In this document: piece after piece, positions 49,427-59,316 of the stretch | Layout: each line of letters starts with the position of its first letter | How positions within the stretch are numbered: the stretch's first letter is position 1 | Position numbers and translations under genes: made by a program | Notes under the pieces: model-generated | The model's database searches: none | What the model was told of the DNA's origin: nothing | Seen by the model: only the letters and a program-made list of their open reading frames with translations | From: Sediminibacterium sp. | Lineage (GTDB): Bacteria > Bacteroidota > Bacteroidia > Chitinophagales > Chitinophagaceae | Direction: 5' to 3' | Assembly (NCBI GenBank): GCA_040403595.1 | Contig: JBBAKI010000002.1 | Coordinates: forward strand, 45,088-109,087 | DNA length: 64,000 bases

Positions 49427-50305
49427 CTAACTTTTTGTTTGCAGTAATTCAATCAATTCTGAAATGGCTACTTGCTTGTGCGCTTTTGAATTTCTGCCAT
49501 AGCATTTGTTCAATTCTCCCAATAAAATAGAAAGCGAACTAGTAGGGGGCTGTGCCTTAAAATGAAAAGGTTTGGGTATTGTATTGATACGCTCAAAATA
49601 ACTATCAATGTCGGCATGCGAAAATGCGTTGCCATTGGTAGCGTCTATATAAAAATGTATTTTATCTTGCGGATTGCCGATGTAGTGCGCTTCTTCATAA
49701 TCTGAATGATAAAAAGCGAGGATACACTGTTTAGGAATATTAATAAGCTTTGCGTGAATGTCTAATTGCTCGCATAAGGTTTGATAAATAATACCATTGC
49801 TCATGGCGTTACCCACTTTTGTTTCAAGTACTTTGTGTACAAAAAAATCGTCCGGGGTTTTGTAATCAACTTCGTTTCCGGTAAGCTTATAATATTTGTA
49901 TAAAATACTTGTAAGTACATTGGCCTGCTCAAGTGGGGTTAAAAAACTATTGAGTTCCAGCCAAATGTTACGCCTCATTTTTTCTAGATCCTGCAGCGCA
50001 GCAGTAGCATTAAAATCTGGATATTCTAATTTGCCAAGTAAGAGCGCACCCGATAATAAATCATGCGGGGCTGTATTTTTCCAGTTCGTAAAATCTTGGA
50101 GTACATCAGAAAAGTGAAGCTTTTGTATAATCCCTTCTATTCTTTGCTGAACGTCTTCAGCTAATGTGGTTTCCCATAAATGTTCTAGGTTGGGAATAAT
50201 ACCTTTACCATAGGCAACAATTTTTTCGGAAATACTAGAATATATTTCTTCGTCTGGGTCGTCAATAAGGGTGAAAAGGGCTTTAATCTCTTTTGTTTGC
50301 TCCAT
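49427..50305 (-). CDS. Transglutaminase-like (SirB1/Transglut_core2) protein
   Basis: EIKALFTLIDDPD, LTPLEQ and FYIDATNG. Start MEQTK at 50305. Confidence 0.7.
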   Translation of the reverse strand: MEQTKEIKALFTLIDDPDEEIYSSISEKIVAYGKGIIPNLEHLWETTLAEDVQQRIEGIIQKLHFSDVLQDFTNWKNTAPHDLLSGALLLGKLEYPDFNATAALQDLEKMRRNIWLELNSFLTPLEQANVLTSILYKYYKLTGNEVDYKTPDDFFVHKVLETKVGNAMSNGIIYQTLCEQLDIHAKLINIPKQCILAFYHSDYEEAHYIGNPQDKIHFYIDATNGNAFSHADIDSYFERINTIPKPFHFKAQPPTSSLSILLGELNKCYGRNSKAHKQVAISELIELLQTKS

Positions 50306-50534
50306 GTTTCTGCTAAATCTTACCCAAACTAAAATAAAATTAGACAAACCGTCACTATTAAGTTATTCAGTGCTGTGGGAAACAACGCATTATGTAGACA
50401 TACTAATTTGTTTTGTTTAACGTTCAGGTTTGTATCCGATTTACTTCTATGTCAAAACCGGGGTATTTATGCACAACGTTGCATAAGGGAACCGATTATG
50501 TGTTAACTTGTGTAATCAATTTTAATAACAGCAT

Positions 50535-51611
50535 ATGTCAGCTATCTATACCGCACCTAAATTCCCTGCAACCAAAGATTCTTTGCACGCCGAATTAAAA
50601 AAGCGCGTTCAAGCTTATTTTGATGAAAAGGGTATTGATGCAACTGGAACGCCAGGTTTATTTACCAAAGCCATTTTAATGATTTTGGCACTCATAGCAG
50701 TGTATGTTCATGTGGTATTTTTTACGCCTATTTGGTGGTTGGCACTTGCAGAGTGTGTTATTATGGGTGGTCTTGTAGCTGCTATTGGTTTCAATGTGAT
50801 GCATGATGGAAGCCATGGTAGTTTTAGCACCAACAAGTGGCTCAATAAAATTGCAGCTTCATCTATTAGTTTATTAGGGGCCAACCGTTTCATGTGGAAA
50901 ATGAAACACGTTATGATACACCATACTTTTACCAATGTAGATGGGGTAGATGATGATATAGAGGTGGGTGGTTTAATGCGTATGGCGCCTACACAAAAAA
51001 AATATGGCATTCATCAATTTCAGCATGTATATTTTTGGGCCCTTTACATGCTCCTATATGTTTTCTGGATTTTCTTTACAGATTACAAGAAATATTTTTC
51101 TCAAAAAATTGGATCTGTGCCACTTAAAAAAATGGATTTAAAAGACCATGTAGAGTTTTGGGTAGTAAAAGTATACCATGCTGCCGTGTTTGTGGTATTG
51201 CCTATTGCACTTTTAGGTTGGGTGAAGTGGTTGGTTGGATTTATGGCAATGACTATGTTTGCTGGCTTTGTATTAAGTATTGTGTTTCAATTAGCACATA
51301 CGGTAGAGCACACAGACTTTCCAGTAGCTGATGCGGACAATAAATTACCCGACGAGTTTGCCGCACACCAGATCAAAACAACAGCCAATTTTGCTACAAA
51401 AAATAAATTAATTAGTTGGTTAGTAGGAGGGCTTAATTTCCAAATTGAGCACCACTTGTTTCCAAAAATATCACACGTGCATTATCCTGCCATTAGTGAG
51501 ATTGTAAAAAATGTATGCGCAGAGTTTCACCTGCAATACATAGAGTATCCTACTATGCGCAAAGCCGTCCTAGCACACGTACATTTCTTACGTGATATGG
51601 GTAGAGCTTAA
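50535..51611 (+). CDS. Membrane fatty acid / acyl-CoA desaturase
   Basis: His boxes HDGSH, HVMIHH and QIEHH. Confidence 0.92.
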   Translation: MSAIYTAPKFPATKDSLHAELKKRVQAYFDEKGIDATGTPGLFTKAILMILALIAVYVHVVFFTPIWWLALAECVIMGGLVAAIGFNVMHDGSHGSFSTNKWLNKIAASSISLLGANRFMWKMKHVMIHHTFTNVDGVDDDIEVGGLMRMAPTQKKYGIHQFQHVYFWALYMLLYVFWIFFTDYKKYFSQKIGSVPLKKMDLKDHVEFWVVKVYHAAVFVVLPIALLGWVKWLVGFMAMTMFAGFVLSIVFQLAHTVEHTDFPVADADNKLPDEFAAHQIKTTANFATKNKLISWLVGGLNFQIEHHLFPKISHVHYPAISEIVKNVCAEFHLQYIEYPTMRKAVLAHVHFLRDMGRA

Positions 51612-54202
51612 GCTTTCTTTTTAGGGTTCGGTTTTTTAACCGCAGCTTTTTTAGGAGCAGCCTTTTTAGTAGCAGACTTTTTAGCTGGCGCTTTGGCTTT
51701 CTTACTAAATGCACCTGGTACTTGAAGCTCAATCATTGCTTTAACCGTTTCGATATCTACACCGGCTAAATCAACTGCTTCATATTTTGTGCCATCTGCT
51801 TTACGGCCCAGTTTTAGCATCTTTTTATTGAACTTGATAAATGGACCCCATCTACCATTTTCGATACTAATTTTTTCGGTAGGCCAGTTTTGAATATATC
51901 TATTCGCTTCTTTTTCTAATTTCTTTTCAATTAACTCATCAATATCTGAGTCGCTTAGGTTATCAAAATCGTAGGCTCTAGGAATATTGATAAAGATACC
52001 GTCCCATTTAATAAACGGCCCAAAACGGCCCTTCCCTTTCGTTACAGGCAATTCTTTATAGTGTGCAATAGGTGCTTCCGCTAATTCCTTTTCGCCAAGT
52101 AGTACAATGGCTCTATCCAAATCCATGGTATGAAGGTCTTCGCCTTTAGGAATGGATATAAATTGTTCGCCTAGTTTAATATAAGGACCAAATCTACCCA
52201 CGTTAACGGCAAGCTCCATATCGTTGTGATTGCCCAATACGCGCGGCAATGAAAATAATTCCATGGCTTCCTGCATGGTAATGGTTTCGATGCTTTGCTC
52301 TGCTTTTAATTTGGCAAATCTTGGTTTCTCTTCTTCATCTTGATGACCAATTTGAACCATGGGGCCGTAGCGTCCCATTCGGGCAATTACTTTTTTACCA
52401 GTAGCTTCATCAAACCCTAATTCTCTTTCACCTACTGCTCTATTTGCATTTTCGAGGGTATGTTCAATGTTTTCATGGAATGGCGTGTAGAAAGATTCTA
52501 TCATGCTTTTCCATTTGGTTTTACCTGCAGCAATTTCATCAAACTCCTGTTCAATTTTTGCTGTAAAACCGTAATCCATCACTTTTTCGAAGTGCTGTTT
52601 TAGAAAATCGGTTACTACCATACCTAAATCTGTGGGGAACAGTTTGGATTTTTCGGCACCGGTGTTTTCAGAAACAATTTCTTTTTCGATGCTATCATTT
52701 TTACGCAGAATGAGCAGGTTAGAAAGGCGTTTAATTCCTTCTTTGTCTCTCTTTTCTACATAATTACGTTTGATAATCGTAGAGATGGTAGGGGCGTAGG
52801 TAGATGGTCTACCAATACCTAATTCTTCCATCTTTTTTACAAGCGATGCCTCGGTGTATCTAGCACCTGGTCTCGAAAATTTTTCGGTGGCCGTCATCTC
52901 CGCAAAATCAATCACTTGACCTGCTGCTAGTGGTGGTAAAATGCCTTCTGTGTCATCATCGTCTTCGTCGTCTTTACCTTCTAAATATACTTTTAAGAAA
53001 CCGTCAAATTTGAGTACTTCACCTGACGCAGTTAACTGTTCTTTGTTGGTAGAAATGTTAATTTTTGCAACTGTTTTTTCAAATGCCGCATCGCTCATTT
53101 GAGAGGCAATGCTTCTTTTCCAAATCAGTTCATAGAGGCGTCTTGTTTCTTCATCTGCTACCGTTTTATTATTCATGTAGGTAGGTCTGATGGCTTCGTG
53201 CGCTTCTTGTGCGTTTTCGTTTTTGTTCTTGTATTTTCTAGGCTGATAATAATTAGCACCATAGCTACTTTCTACTTCTTTTTTGATATCGCCCATGGCA
53301 GTATCACTTAAATTGATACTGTCTGTACGCATGTAAGTGATCTTACCGCTTTCATATAATTTTTGTGCAAGTAACATGGTCTTACTTACACCATATCCTA
53401 ATTTACGAGAAGCTTCTTGTTGTAAGGTAGAAGTTGTGAAAGGCGCTGCAGGTGTGCGTTTGGTAGGTTTTACCGTAACGTCATCTACCGTATACATTGC
53501 GCTTTTGCAACTTGTTAAAAAATCACTTGCCGAATCTTGTGTATTTACTTTTGAAGGCCCTTCTGCTTTAAATGAAACGGTTTTTTTGTTAACATCTAAT
53601 GCGGTAAATAAGGCTTCAATTTTATAACTGCTTTCCGAAGTAAAATGATTAATTTCTCTTTCTCTTTCTACAATTAAACGAACCGCAACACTTTGAACAC
53701 GGCCTGCACTTAAACTTTTTTGCATCCCAATTTTACGCCATAAAACAGGACTGAGTTCAAAACCTACTAAGCGGTCAAGTACCCTTCTTGCTTGTTGCGC
53801 ATCTACTAAATCCATATTAATGAGTCGTGGATTTTGTACTGCTTTTTTTATAGCGGGTGCTGTAATTTCATGGAATACAATTCGCTTGGTAGTAGCCGGA
53901 TTTAAACCAAGCACTTCGGCAAGGTGCCAACTAATACTTTCTCCTTCACGGTCCTCATCCGATGCAAGCCAAACTTCACCAGATTTTTTAGCGATTTGTC
54001 TTAGTTCTTTAACCACTCTTTCCTTCTCGTCTGGTACAATATAGTTGGGTTGAAATTGCTTCTGAATATCTATACCTTTATCACCTTTATCAAGGTCACG
54101 AATATGGCCATAACAGCTTTTTACTTCAAAATCAGACCCTAAGATCTTTTCTATGGTTTTGGCCTTTGCCGGTGACTCAACAATCAATAAATTCTTTGCC
54201 AT
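51608..54202 (-). CDS. topA: DNA topoisomerase I
   Basis: IVESPAKAKTI, DEDREGE, SAGRVQS, ITYMRTDS, Toprim_C repeats (GRYGP/GRFGP) and a Lys/Ala/Pro-rich tail. Confidence 0.97.
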   Translation of the reverse strand: MAKNLLIVESPAKAKTIEKILGSDFEVKSCYGHIRDLDKGDKGIDIQKQFQPNYIVPDEKERVVKELRQIAKKSGEVWLASDEDREGESISWHLAEVLGLNPATTKRIVFHEITAPAIKKAVQNPRLINMDLVDAQQARRVLDRLVGFELSPVLWRKIGMQKSLSAGRVQSVAVRLIVEREREINHFTSESSYKIEALFTALDVNKKTVSFKAEGPSKVNTQDSASDFLTSCKSAMYTVDDVTVKPTKRTPAAPFTTSTLQQEASRKLGYGVSKTMLLAQKLYESGKITYMRTDSINLSDTAMGDIKKEVESSYGANYYQPRKYKNKNENAQEAHEAIRPTYMNNKTVADEETRRLYELIWKRSIASQMSDAAFEKTVAKINISTNKEQLTASGEVLKFDGFLKVYLEGKDDEDDDDTEGILPPLAAGQVIDFAEMTATEKFSRPGARYTEASLVKKMEELGIGRPSTYAPTISTIIKRNYVEKRDKEGIKRLSNLLILRKNDSIEKEIVSENTGAEKSKLFPTDLGMVVTDFLKQHFEKVMDYGFTAKIEQEFDEIAAGKTKWKSMIESFYTPFHENIEHTLENANRAVGERELGFDEATGKKVIARMGRYGPMVQIGHQDEEEKPRFAKLKAEQSIETITMQEAMELFSLPRVLGNHNDMELAVNVGRFGPYIKLGEQFISIPKGEDLHTMDLDRAIVLLGEKELAEAPIAHYKELPVTKGKGRFGPFIKWDGIFINIPRAYDFDNLSDSDIDELIEKKLEKEANRYIQNWPTEKISIENGRWGPFIKFNKKMLKLGRKADGTKYEAVDLAGVDIETVKAMIELQVPGAFSKKAKAPAKKSATKKAAPKKAAVKKPNPKKKA

Positions 54203-54235
54203 GTAGCTGCAATATTAGTTGAAACCTTGAAAACA

Positions 54236-54262
54236 CAAAAAAACTTACACCAAATGGTGTAA
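54236..54262 (-). terminator. Probable terminator after the alpha/beta hydrolase
   Basis: TTACACC/GGTGTAA stem followed by a T run on the minus strand. Confidence 0.55.
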
Positions 54263-54279
54263 AAACACACCTTAAAACC

Positions 54280-55149
54280 CTACAAATGAGGGTTCAAATA
54301 AGCCCCAATTTTTTTCATAACTCCTTGATCTCTATAGACTTTGTTATGTCCTAACCCTTCTGTAATAAAAAATTCTTGGTGGGCTTTGGCGTTGTTTTGC
54401 GCCTGTAATGTATCTGAAAAGGGGCAAATCCGGTCATTTTTGTCATGGATCCATAAGCTTGGAGTATCCAATACCGATAATGCATGTGTAACCGAAAAAT
54501 AGGAAATAGGCTTACCTGCTATACCTATTATATAGGCTTCTATGGCCGCTTGTAAATCTGGGTTTACCTGAAGCATTTTGTAAAAACCCTGAAGCGCTGA
54601 GGTGGTTTCGGTGGCGGGCGCAATCAAAACCATTTTTTTACTAGCAGCACTTGGTAGTTCTAGCATTGCTAGCGATAGGGCCAATCCGCCAAATGAGTGC
54701 GCAATAAAAGCATCAATACCGTTCTCCAATTCGTTTACCTGACATATAAAACGCTTATAAATAAGGGCGTTTACAATTTTTCCTTCACTGTCTCCATGGC
54801 CAGGAGCGTCAAAAGCAAGTACCTCATAGCCCATTTGCAATAAAAGGAACACATAGTGTTCAAATTTATAGGCGTAACTGCTAAAACCATGCAGTATCAT
54901 TACTTTTTTACCATTGGGGTTGGGGGATTGCCAGCCATAGCCTGTTATAGACAATCCTTCAAATTGAACCGATTTTGACACTGCTTTGGTAAAAATAGCC
55001 GGCCGCTTTTGTGTAATTTTTCTGGTATAAGGGGTGCAAAACAAGCGGAAGGCCTCCGTTGCAGCCCGTTCTTTGGATATATAGCTGAGCGTTCTTAATT
55101 TATTTTTATAGTAGCCTATCAATAAACGCTGACCCAATTTCATTTTCAT
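54280..55149 (-). CDS. Alpha/beta-fold hydrolase
   Basis: LHGFSS, FDAPGHG, nucleophile elbow AHSFGG, HDKND and GLGH. Confidence 0.88.
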   Translation of the reverse strand: MKMKLGQRLLIGYYKNKLRTLSYISKERAATEAFRLFCTPYTRKITQKRPAIFTKAVSKSVQFEGLSITGYGWQSPNPNGKKVMILHGFSSYAYKFEHYVFLLLQMGYEVLAFDAPGHGDSEGKIVNALIYKRFICQVNELENGIDAFIAHSFGGLALSLAMLELPSAASKKMVLIAPATETTSALQGFYKMLQVNPDLQAAIEAYIIGIAGKPISYFSVTHALSVLDTPSLWIHDKNDRICPFSDTLQAQNNAKAHQEFFITEGLGHNKVYRDQGVMKKIGAYLNPHL

Positions 55150-55153
55150 AGTG

Positions 55154-55161
55154 CAAAGATA
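55154..55161 (-). promoter_or_regulatory. -7 element TATCTTTG, 4 nt from the hydrolase ATG
   Basis: TAnnTTTG on the minus strand. Confidence 0.6.
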
Positions 55162-55266
55162 ATGCCCTCCCGAGCATAATTTTTTCCTTTTTCGCTACAT
55201 AAATTGTTCAACGAAATGCGTCTAGCCACATTTTTGAAATACTTTTGCGCTTCAAAGTATCTATAT

Positions 55267-55602
55267 ATGTACACCCTACTCGTAAAATTTGAACAGAAAG
55301 GATTAGAACCGGTAACCCTGTCCAACATCGAACCGGATCAAAGTTTATTGGAAGTATGTTTGGATAATGGTATTGAACTGCACCATAATTGCGGCGCCGT
55401 TTGTGCCTGTAGTACTTGTCATATGTATGTGCATACGGGTATGGAGCATCTCGAAGAATTATCTGACAGAGAAGAAGATTTTATTGACAGAGCGGTAAAT
55501 CCACGTATCATTTCAAGACTGGGATGCCAGTGTGTTTTACAAGTGGGTACCGGAACCATCGAAATTACCCTTCCAGACCAAACACAGTTTTTGGGCGAAT
55601 AA
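55267..55602 (+). CDS. fdx: ISC-type 2Fe-2S ferredoxin
   Basis: HNCGAVCACSTCH...SRLGCQ. Start MYTLL at 55267. Confidence 0.9.
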   Translation: MYTLLVKFEQKGLEPVTLSNIEPDQSLLEVCLDNGIELHHNCGAVCACSTCHMYVHTGMEHLEELSDREEDFIDRAVNPRIISRLGCQCVLQVGTGTIEITLPDQTQFLGE

Positions 55603-55635
55603 TATTAATTGTAACTTACTTTATCAAACATCACT

Positions 55636-55875
55636 ATGAGTCATTTTGAACCACCAATACATTGGGCAGATCATGAAGATATTGCCATGAAATTATACGA
55701 GCGTTTTGGTGATGATTTTACCGAAGCAAAAATTTATAGAATTCGTTTTACAGATTTGTTAACATGGATTGTAGAAACCCCCAATTTTGTAGGCACCAAA
55801 GAGCAAAGTACCGAAGGTCATTTAGAAATGATTCAGAGTGCTTGGGTGTATGAGTGGAGAGACAATCAAAAATAA
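55636..55875 (+). CDS. iscX: Fe-S assembly protein IscX (YfhJ)
   Basis: W.D..DIA..LYE, IRFTDL..WI and LE.IQ..W resemble E. coli IscX. Confidence 0.85.
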   Translation: MSHFEPPIHWADHEDIAMKLYERFGDDFTEAKIYRIRFTDLLTWIVETPNFVGTKEQSTEGHLEMIQSAWVYEWRDNQK

Positions 55876-55881
55876 TTATCC

Positions 55882-56397
55882 ATGCTACATCAGTTTAAAA
55901 ATATAAATACCATTGTGCTGGATGTGGATGGTGTTTTAACCGACGGCACACTGCTCATTATGCCTGGTGGACTGATGGTAAGACGCATGAATATCAAAGA
56001 TGGCTACGCTTTACAATTAGCGGTTAAAAAGGGCTATCATATTGCTGTTATTTCTGGGGGTGATTCTATCGAGGTTAAAGACCGACTGCATAAATTAGGC
56101 ATCACCGATGTGTACATGAAAGTGCAGGATAAATTAGCTGTTCTAAAAGAATATTTAATACTGAATGCTTTAGATGCTTCTACTACAGCCTATATGGGTG
56201 ATGATATGCCGGATTACGACGTGATGAAAGAAGTTGGTTTACCATCTTGTCCCGCAGACGCTGCTGTAGAAATTAAAACATTGTCTGCGTATGTATCACC
56301 ACTTAATGGAGGCGCTGGATGTGTGCGTGATTTAATTGAAAAAATTATGCGTGTAAGGGGCGATTGGAGTGAAGATACAACGGTTCGCGCTCAATAA
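55882..56397 (+). CDS. kdsC: KdsC/YrbI-family HAD phosphatase
   Basis: DVDGVLTDG, KDGY, YMGDDMPD and GGAGCVRD. Confidence 0.88.
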   Translation: MLHQFKNINTIVLDVDGVLTDGTLLIMPGGLMVRRMNIKDGYALQLAVKKGYHIAVISGGDSIEVKDRLHKLGITDVYMKVQDKLAVLKEYLILNALDASTTAYMGDDMPDYDVMKEVGLPSCPADAAVEIKTLSAYVSPLNGGAGCVRDLIEKIMRVRGDWSEDTTVRAQ

Positions 56398-56431
56398 TTT
56401 GTCCTATATAATAGCCTATTAAATTATTTGC

Positions 56432-57364
56432 ATGAAAAAAATTGCCGCTTTTTTAACGCTTATTCGTGCAAGCAATTTGGTGTTTATTATACTCACTCAA
56501 TTTTTATTTGAGTTTTGCATTTACCAAAGAATTTATGGCCCTTCTTCAGTAGCGCAGTTGCAACAGTTTTGGTTGATTGTGCTAGCCTCTGTGTTCATAG
56601 CAGCGGCCGGTAATAGCATCAATGATTATTTTGATTTAAACATTGATCAAATTAATAAGCCAAGCAAAGTGGTGGTGAATGTTTCCATTAGTAGACGCTG
56701 GGTTATATTTTTTCATTTGGTATTAAGTATGTTGGGCCTTTTTTTTACAGCCTATGCGCTTCCAATTCAAAAGTATTGGTATTTGGTTTTTGCCAACATG
56801 ATGTGCATTGTACTCTTGTGGGTGTATTCTACCAATTTTAAAAAGCAATTGCTCATAGGTAATTTGCTGATCTCTTTTTTAACAGCTTGGGTACTGCTTA
56901 TATTGTTTTTTTCAAAAGTACCACAGCAGTTAAATAAAGTATTGGCTTCGGGCGCCAACGAAATTCGTTTTTTTAGACTCACTATTTTATACGCATCCTT
57001 TGCTTTTATTATTTCTTTAATTAGAGAAGTGATTAAAGATGTAGAAGATAGAGTGGGTGATGCAAAATTTGGTTGCCGAACCATTCCCATTGTATGGGGG
57101 TTAACGGCCACCAAAGTATTTGTGGCAGTGTGGCTGGTGGTGTTGATTGCCGTACTTGTTATTGTACAGTTGTATGTACTACCCATGGGTTGGTGGGAAA
57201 GTATTGTTTATTGTGTGCTTGCTATTATTGTGCCATTAATATGGGTGTTTGTAAAATTACTTACCGCACAAACCGAAAAAGATTTTGGCAAACTTAGTAC
57301 AGTTATAAAAATTGTGATGCTTACGGGTATTGTATCGATGGTGTTTTTCAGGTATTATCTATAA
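56432..57364 (+). CDS. UbiA-family prenyltransferase, DGGGP-synthase-like
   Basis: Multi-TM, AAGNSINDYFDLNIDQINKP and REVIKDVEDRVGD...TIPI. Confidence 0.85.
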   Translation: MKKIAAFLTLIRASNLVFIILTQFLFEFCIYQRIYGPSSVAQLQQFWLIVLASVFIAAAGNSINDYFDLNIDQINKPSKVVVNVSISRRWVIFFHLVLSMLGLFFTAYALPIQKYWYLVFANMMCIVLLWVYSTNFKKQLLIGNLLISFLTAWVLLILFFSKVPQQLNKVLASGANEIRFFRLTILYASFAFIISLIREVIKDVEDRVGDAKFGCRTIPIVWGLTATKVFVAVWLVVLIAVLVIVQLYVLPMGWWESIVYCVLAIIVPLIWVFVKLLTAQTEKDFGKLSTVIKIVMLTGIVSMVFFRYYL

Positions 57365-57369
57365 AAAAT

Positions 57370-57936
57370 ATGACCAAAAAAATTGTATTGGCTTCTGGTT
57401 CTCCCCGCCGAAAAACGTTACTTGAATGGGCCGAGGTTTCATTTGAAGTCATTGTTAAAACCACCGACGAAAGTTATCCAGCCGGCCTTGCTGTAGAAGC
57501 AGTGCCCGTGCATATTGCACGTCAAAAAGCGCTTGGGGTAGCAGCAGATTTATCAAACAACGAACTTGTTATTGCTGCTGATACCATTGTGGTTTTAGGA
57601 AATGAAATTATTGGTAAGCCTGCAAACAGAGAAGACGCTATTCAAATTTTATCAAAATTAGCTGGTCAAACGCACCGCGTAATAACGGGTGTTGTATTAA
57701 TTGATGGAGACCATGAAAAATCTTTTTCTGACATCACCACGGTTCATTTTCATGAACTCACATTAGAACAAATCACGTTTTATGTAGACAAGTACAAACC
57801 TTACGACAAGGCCGGCGCCTATGCCATTCAAGAATGGATTGGCGTGGTAGGTATCAAATCGGTGGAAGGTGATTTTTACAATGTAATGGGGCTTCCGGTT
57901 AGTAGGGTATTGCAGGCATTGCAAACAATGCTATAA
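57370..57936 (+). CDS. maf: Maf-family nucleoside triphosphate pyrophosphatase
   Basis: LASGSPRR, IAADT, GKP, DKAGAYAIQ and NVMGLP. Confidence 0.93.
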   Translation: MTKKIVLASGSPRRKTLLEWAEVSFEVIVKTTDESYPAGLAVEAVPVHIARQKALGVAADLSNNELVIAADTIVVLGNEIIGKPANREDAIQILSKLAGQTHRVITGVVLIDGDHEKSFSDITTVHFHELTLEQITFYVDKYKPYDKAGAYAIQEWIGVVGIKSVEGDFYNVMGLPVSRVLQALQTML

Positions 57937-57960
57937 CAAGATTGTTTTTGGCGCTGTGTT

Positions 57961-58371
57961 TTAAGCTGGCCAAGTAAAACTAAAATCAAGTTCCACATCT
58001 GGATGTAATGTGCGCTCTACCGGGCAGGTTCTTGCCACTTTTTCCAAAATCTCTTTTGTTTTTTCGTCTAGTTGTAGGCGCTCCGGGAATTTGATATGCA
58101 CCATTATTTTTCCAATTCGGCGTGGGTCGCTCACCATTATTTTGGTAGCATCTGCGGTAGTGCCATCTAGTGCAATACCCATACTTTGCGCCTTAATACC
58201 CATGGTGGTAACCATGCAAGTAGCTAGTGCGGTAGCCACTAAATCGGTGGGTGAAAACCGCTCGCCATTGCCCTGATTGTCTGTAGGGGCGTCTGTTTCG
58301 ATGGTGGTACCGCTTTGTATATGTGTAGCTTCGGTTCTTAACTTAGTTTTATAAATAATTTGTGAAGTCAT
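57961..58371 (-). CDS. OsmC/Ohr-family protein
   Basis: DAP.DNQG.G..FSPTDL...ATC and TCPV. Confidence 0.9.
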   Translation of the reverse strand: MTSQIIYKTKLRTEATHIQSGTTIETDAPTDNQGNGERFSPTDLVATALATCMVTTMGIKAQSMGIALDGTTADATKIMVSDPRRIGKIMVHIKFPERLQLDEKTKEILEKVARTCPVERTLHPDVELDFSFTWPA

Positions 58372-58416
58372 TGGTCCAATTTTGCCTTAAATTTACAAGG
58401 AACTAATCAAACGAGC

Positions 58417-59274
58417 GTGAAGAAAATAGAATTTATGGCCCCCAGCCTTCAAAAAATAGGGGTTACCCTATTTGCCAGCTTATTTTTTGTAAGCATCAGT
58501 GTTGCACAGCAGCAAAAATTATCTGCAGCGCAACAAGAAAAAATTCGTTTAAAAAATGAACGCCGCGAAAAAATAAATCAACTCATCAAGCAAGAAGAAG
58601 AGGGCGCTTTAATTTATCAAAAACAAATTACGCAAGGGATTCATTTCAATACGGATGGTTGGAGTGTTTTTTATGAAAAAGGAAAATATAAATCTATAAC
58701 AAAAACAAATTTGTGGTGGATCGAAATAGGGGAGCACAAGCATCCTAAAGAAGAAAAAACGCCAACTGCAAGTTCTGTACAAGGTTTTATTATTGTGTCC
58801 AATTATATTTATGGTAAACAAAATAATTTGTATGATGTAAAGCTTGGCTTTGGTCAACAAAAATTAATTGGTGGGAAAGGGAATAAAAATGGTGTTGCCG
58901 TTTCTGCCATTTATGGTGGTGGTGTAAGTGCAGGTCTGTTAAAGCCTTATTATTTGCAAATACAAAATCCTACAACGCGAAAGCAAGAAGATATCAAATA
59001 CGCCAACAACGATAATTTATTTTTAGATCCTACCATTGTTTTAGGTAAATCAACCTTTGGAAAAGGCTTCAACGAAATGCAGTTTGTGCCCGGGGGGCAT
59101 GTTAAAGGCGCGCTTCGTTTCGACTATGGCCGTTACAATGAAATGGTGTCGGCGCTTGAAGTAGGTTTAAAAGCCACTTATTTTTCCAAAAAGATGCCAA
59201 TAATGCTCTTAAACAAGGAAAAAAGCCTGTTTTTTAACGCCTATATTTCTGTCACATTTGGTAAGCGAAAGTGA
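58417..59274 (+). CDS. Secreted or outer-membrane hypothetical protein, probable beta-barrel
   Basis: Signal-like N-terminus (GTG 58417 or ATG 58435), charged helix, then Gly/aromatic-rich alternating strands. Confidence 0.7.
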   Translation: MKKIEFMAPSLQKIGVTLFASLFFVSISVAQQQKLSAAQQEKIRLKNERREKINQLIKQEEEGALIYQKQITQGIHFNTDGWSVFYEKGKYKSITKTNLWWIEIGEHKHPKEEKTPTASSVQGFIIVSNYIYGKQNNLYDVKLGFGQQKLIGGKGNKNGVAVSAIYGGGVSAGLLKPYYLQIQNPTTRKQEDIKYANNDNLFLDPTIVLGKSTFGKGFNEMQFVPGGHVKGALRFDYGRYNEMVSALEVGLKATYFSKKMPIMLLNKEKSLFFNAYISVTFGKRK

Positions 59275-59276
59275 CC

Positions 59277-59284
59277 TATTTTTG
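59277..59284 (+). promoter_or_regulatory. -7 element TATTTTTG for lipA
   Basis: TAnnTTTG 32 nt before the ATG. Confidence 0.6.
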
Positions 59285-59316
59285 CAGCTCAAGTAATCAT
59301 TTAGAATCTCTGTTTC

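Noticed and set aside
51612-51700. KKAPAKK/KKAAPKK repeats at the TopA C-terminus
   Set aside because: A known type of basic DNA-binding tail on bacterial TopA, not a DNA repeat element.
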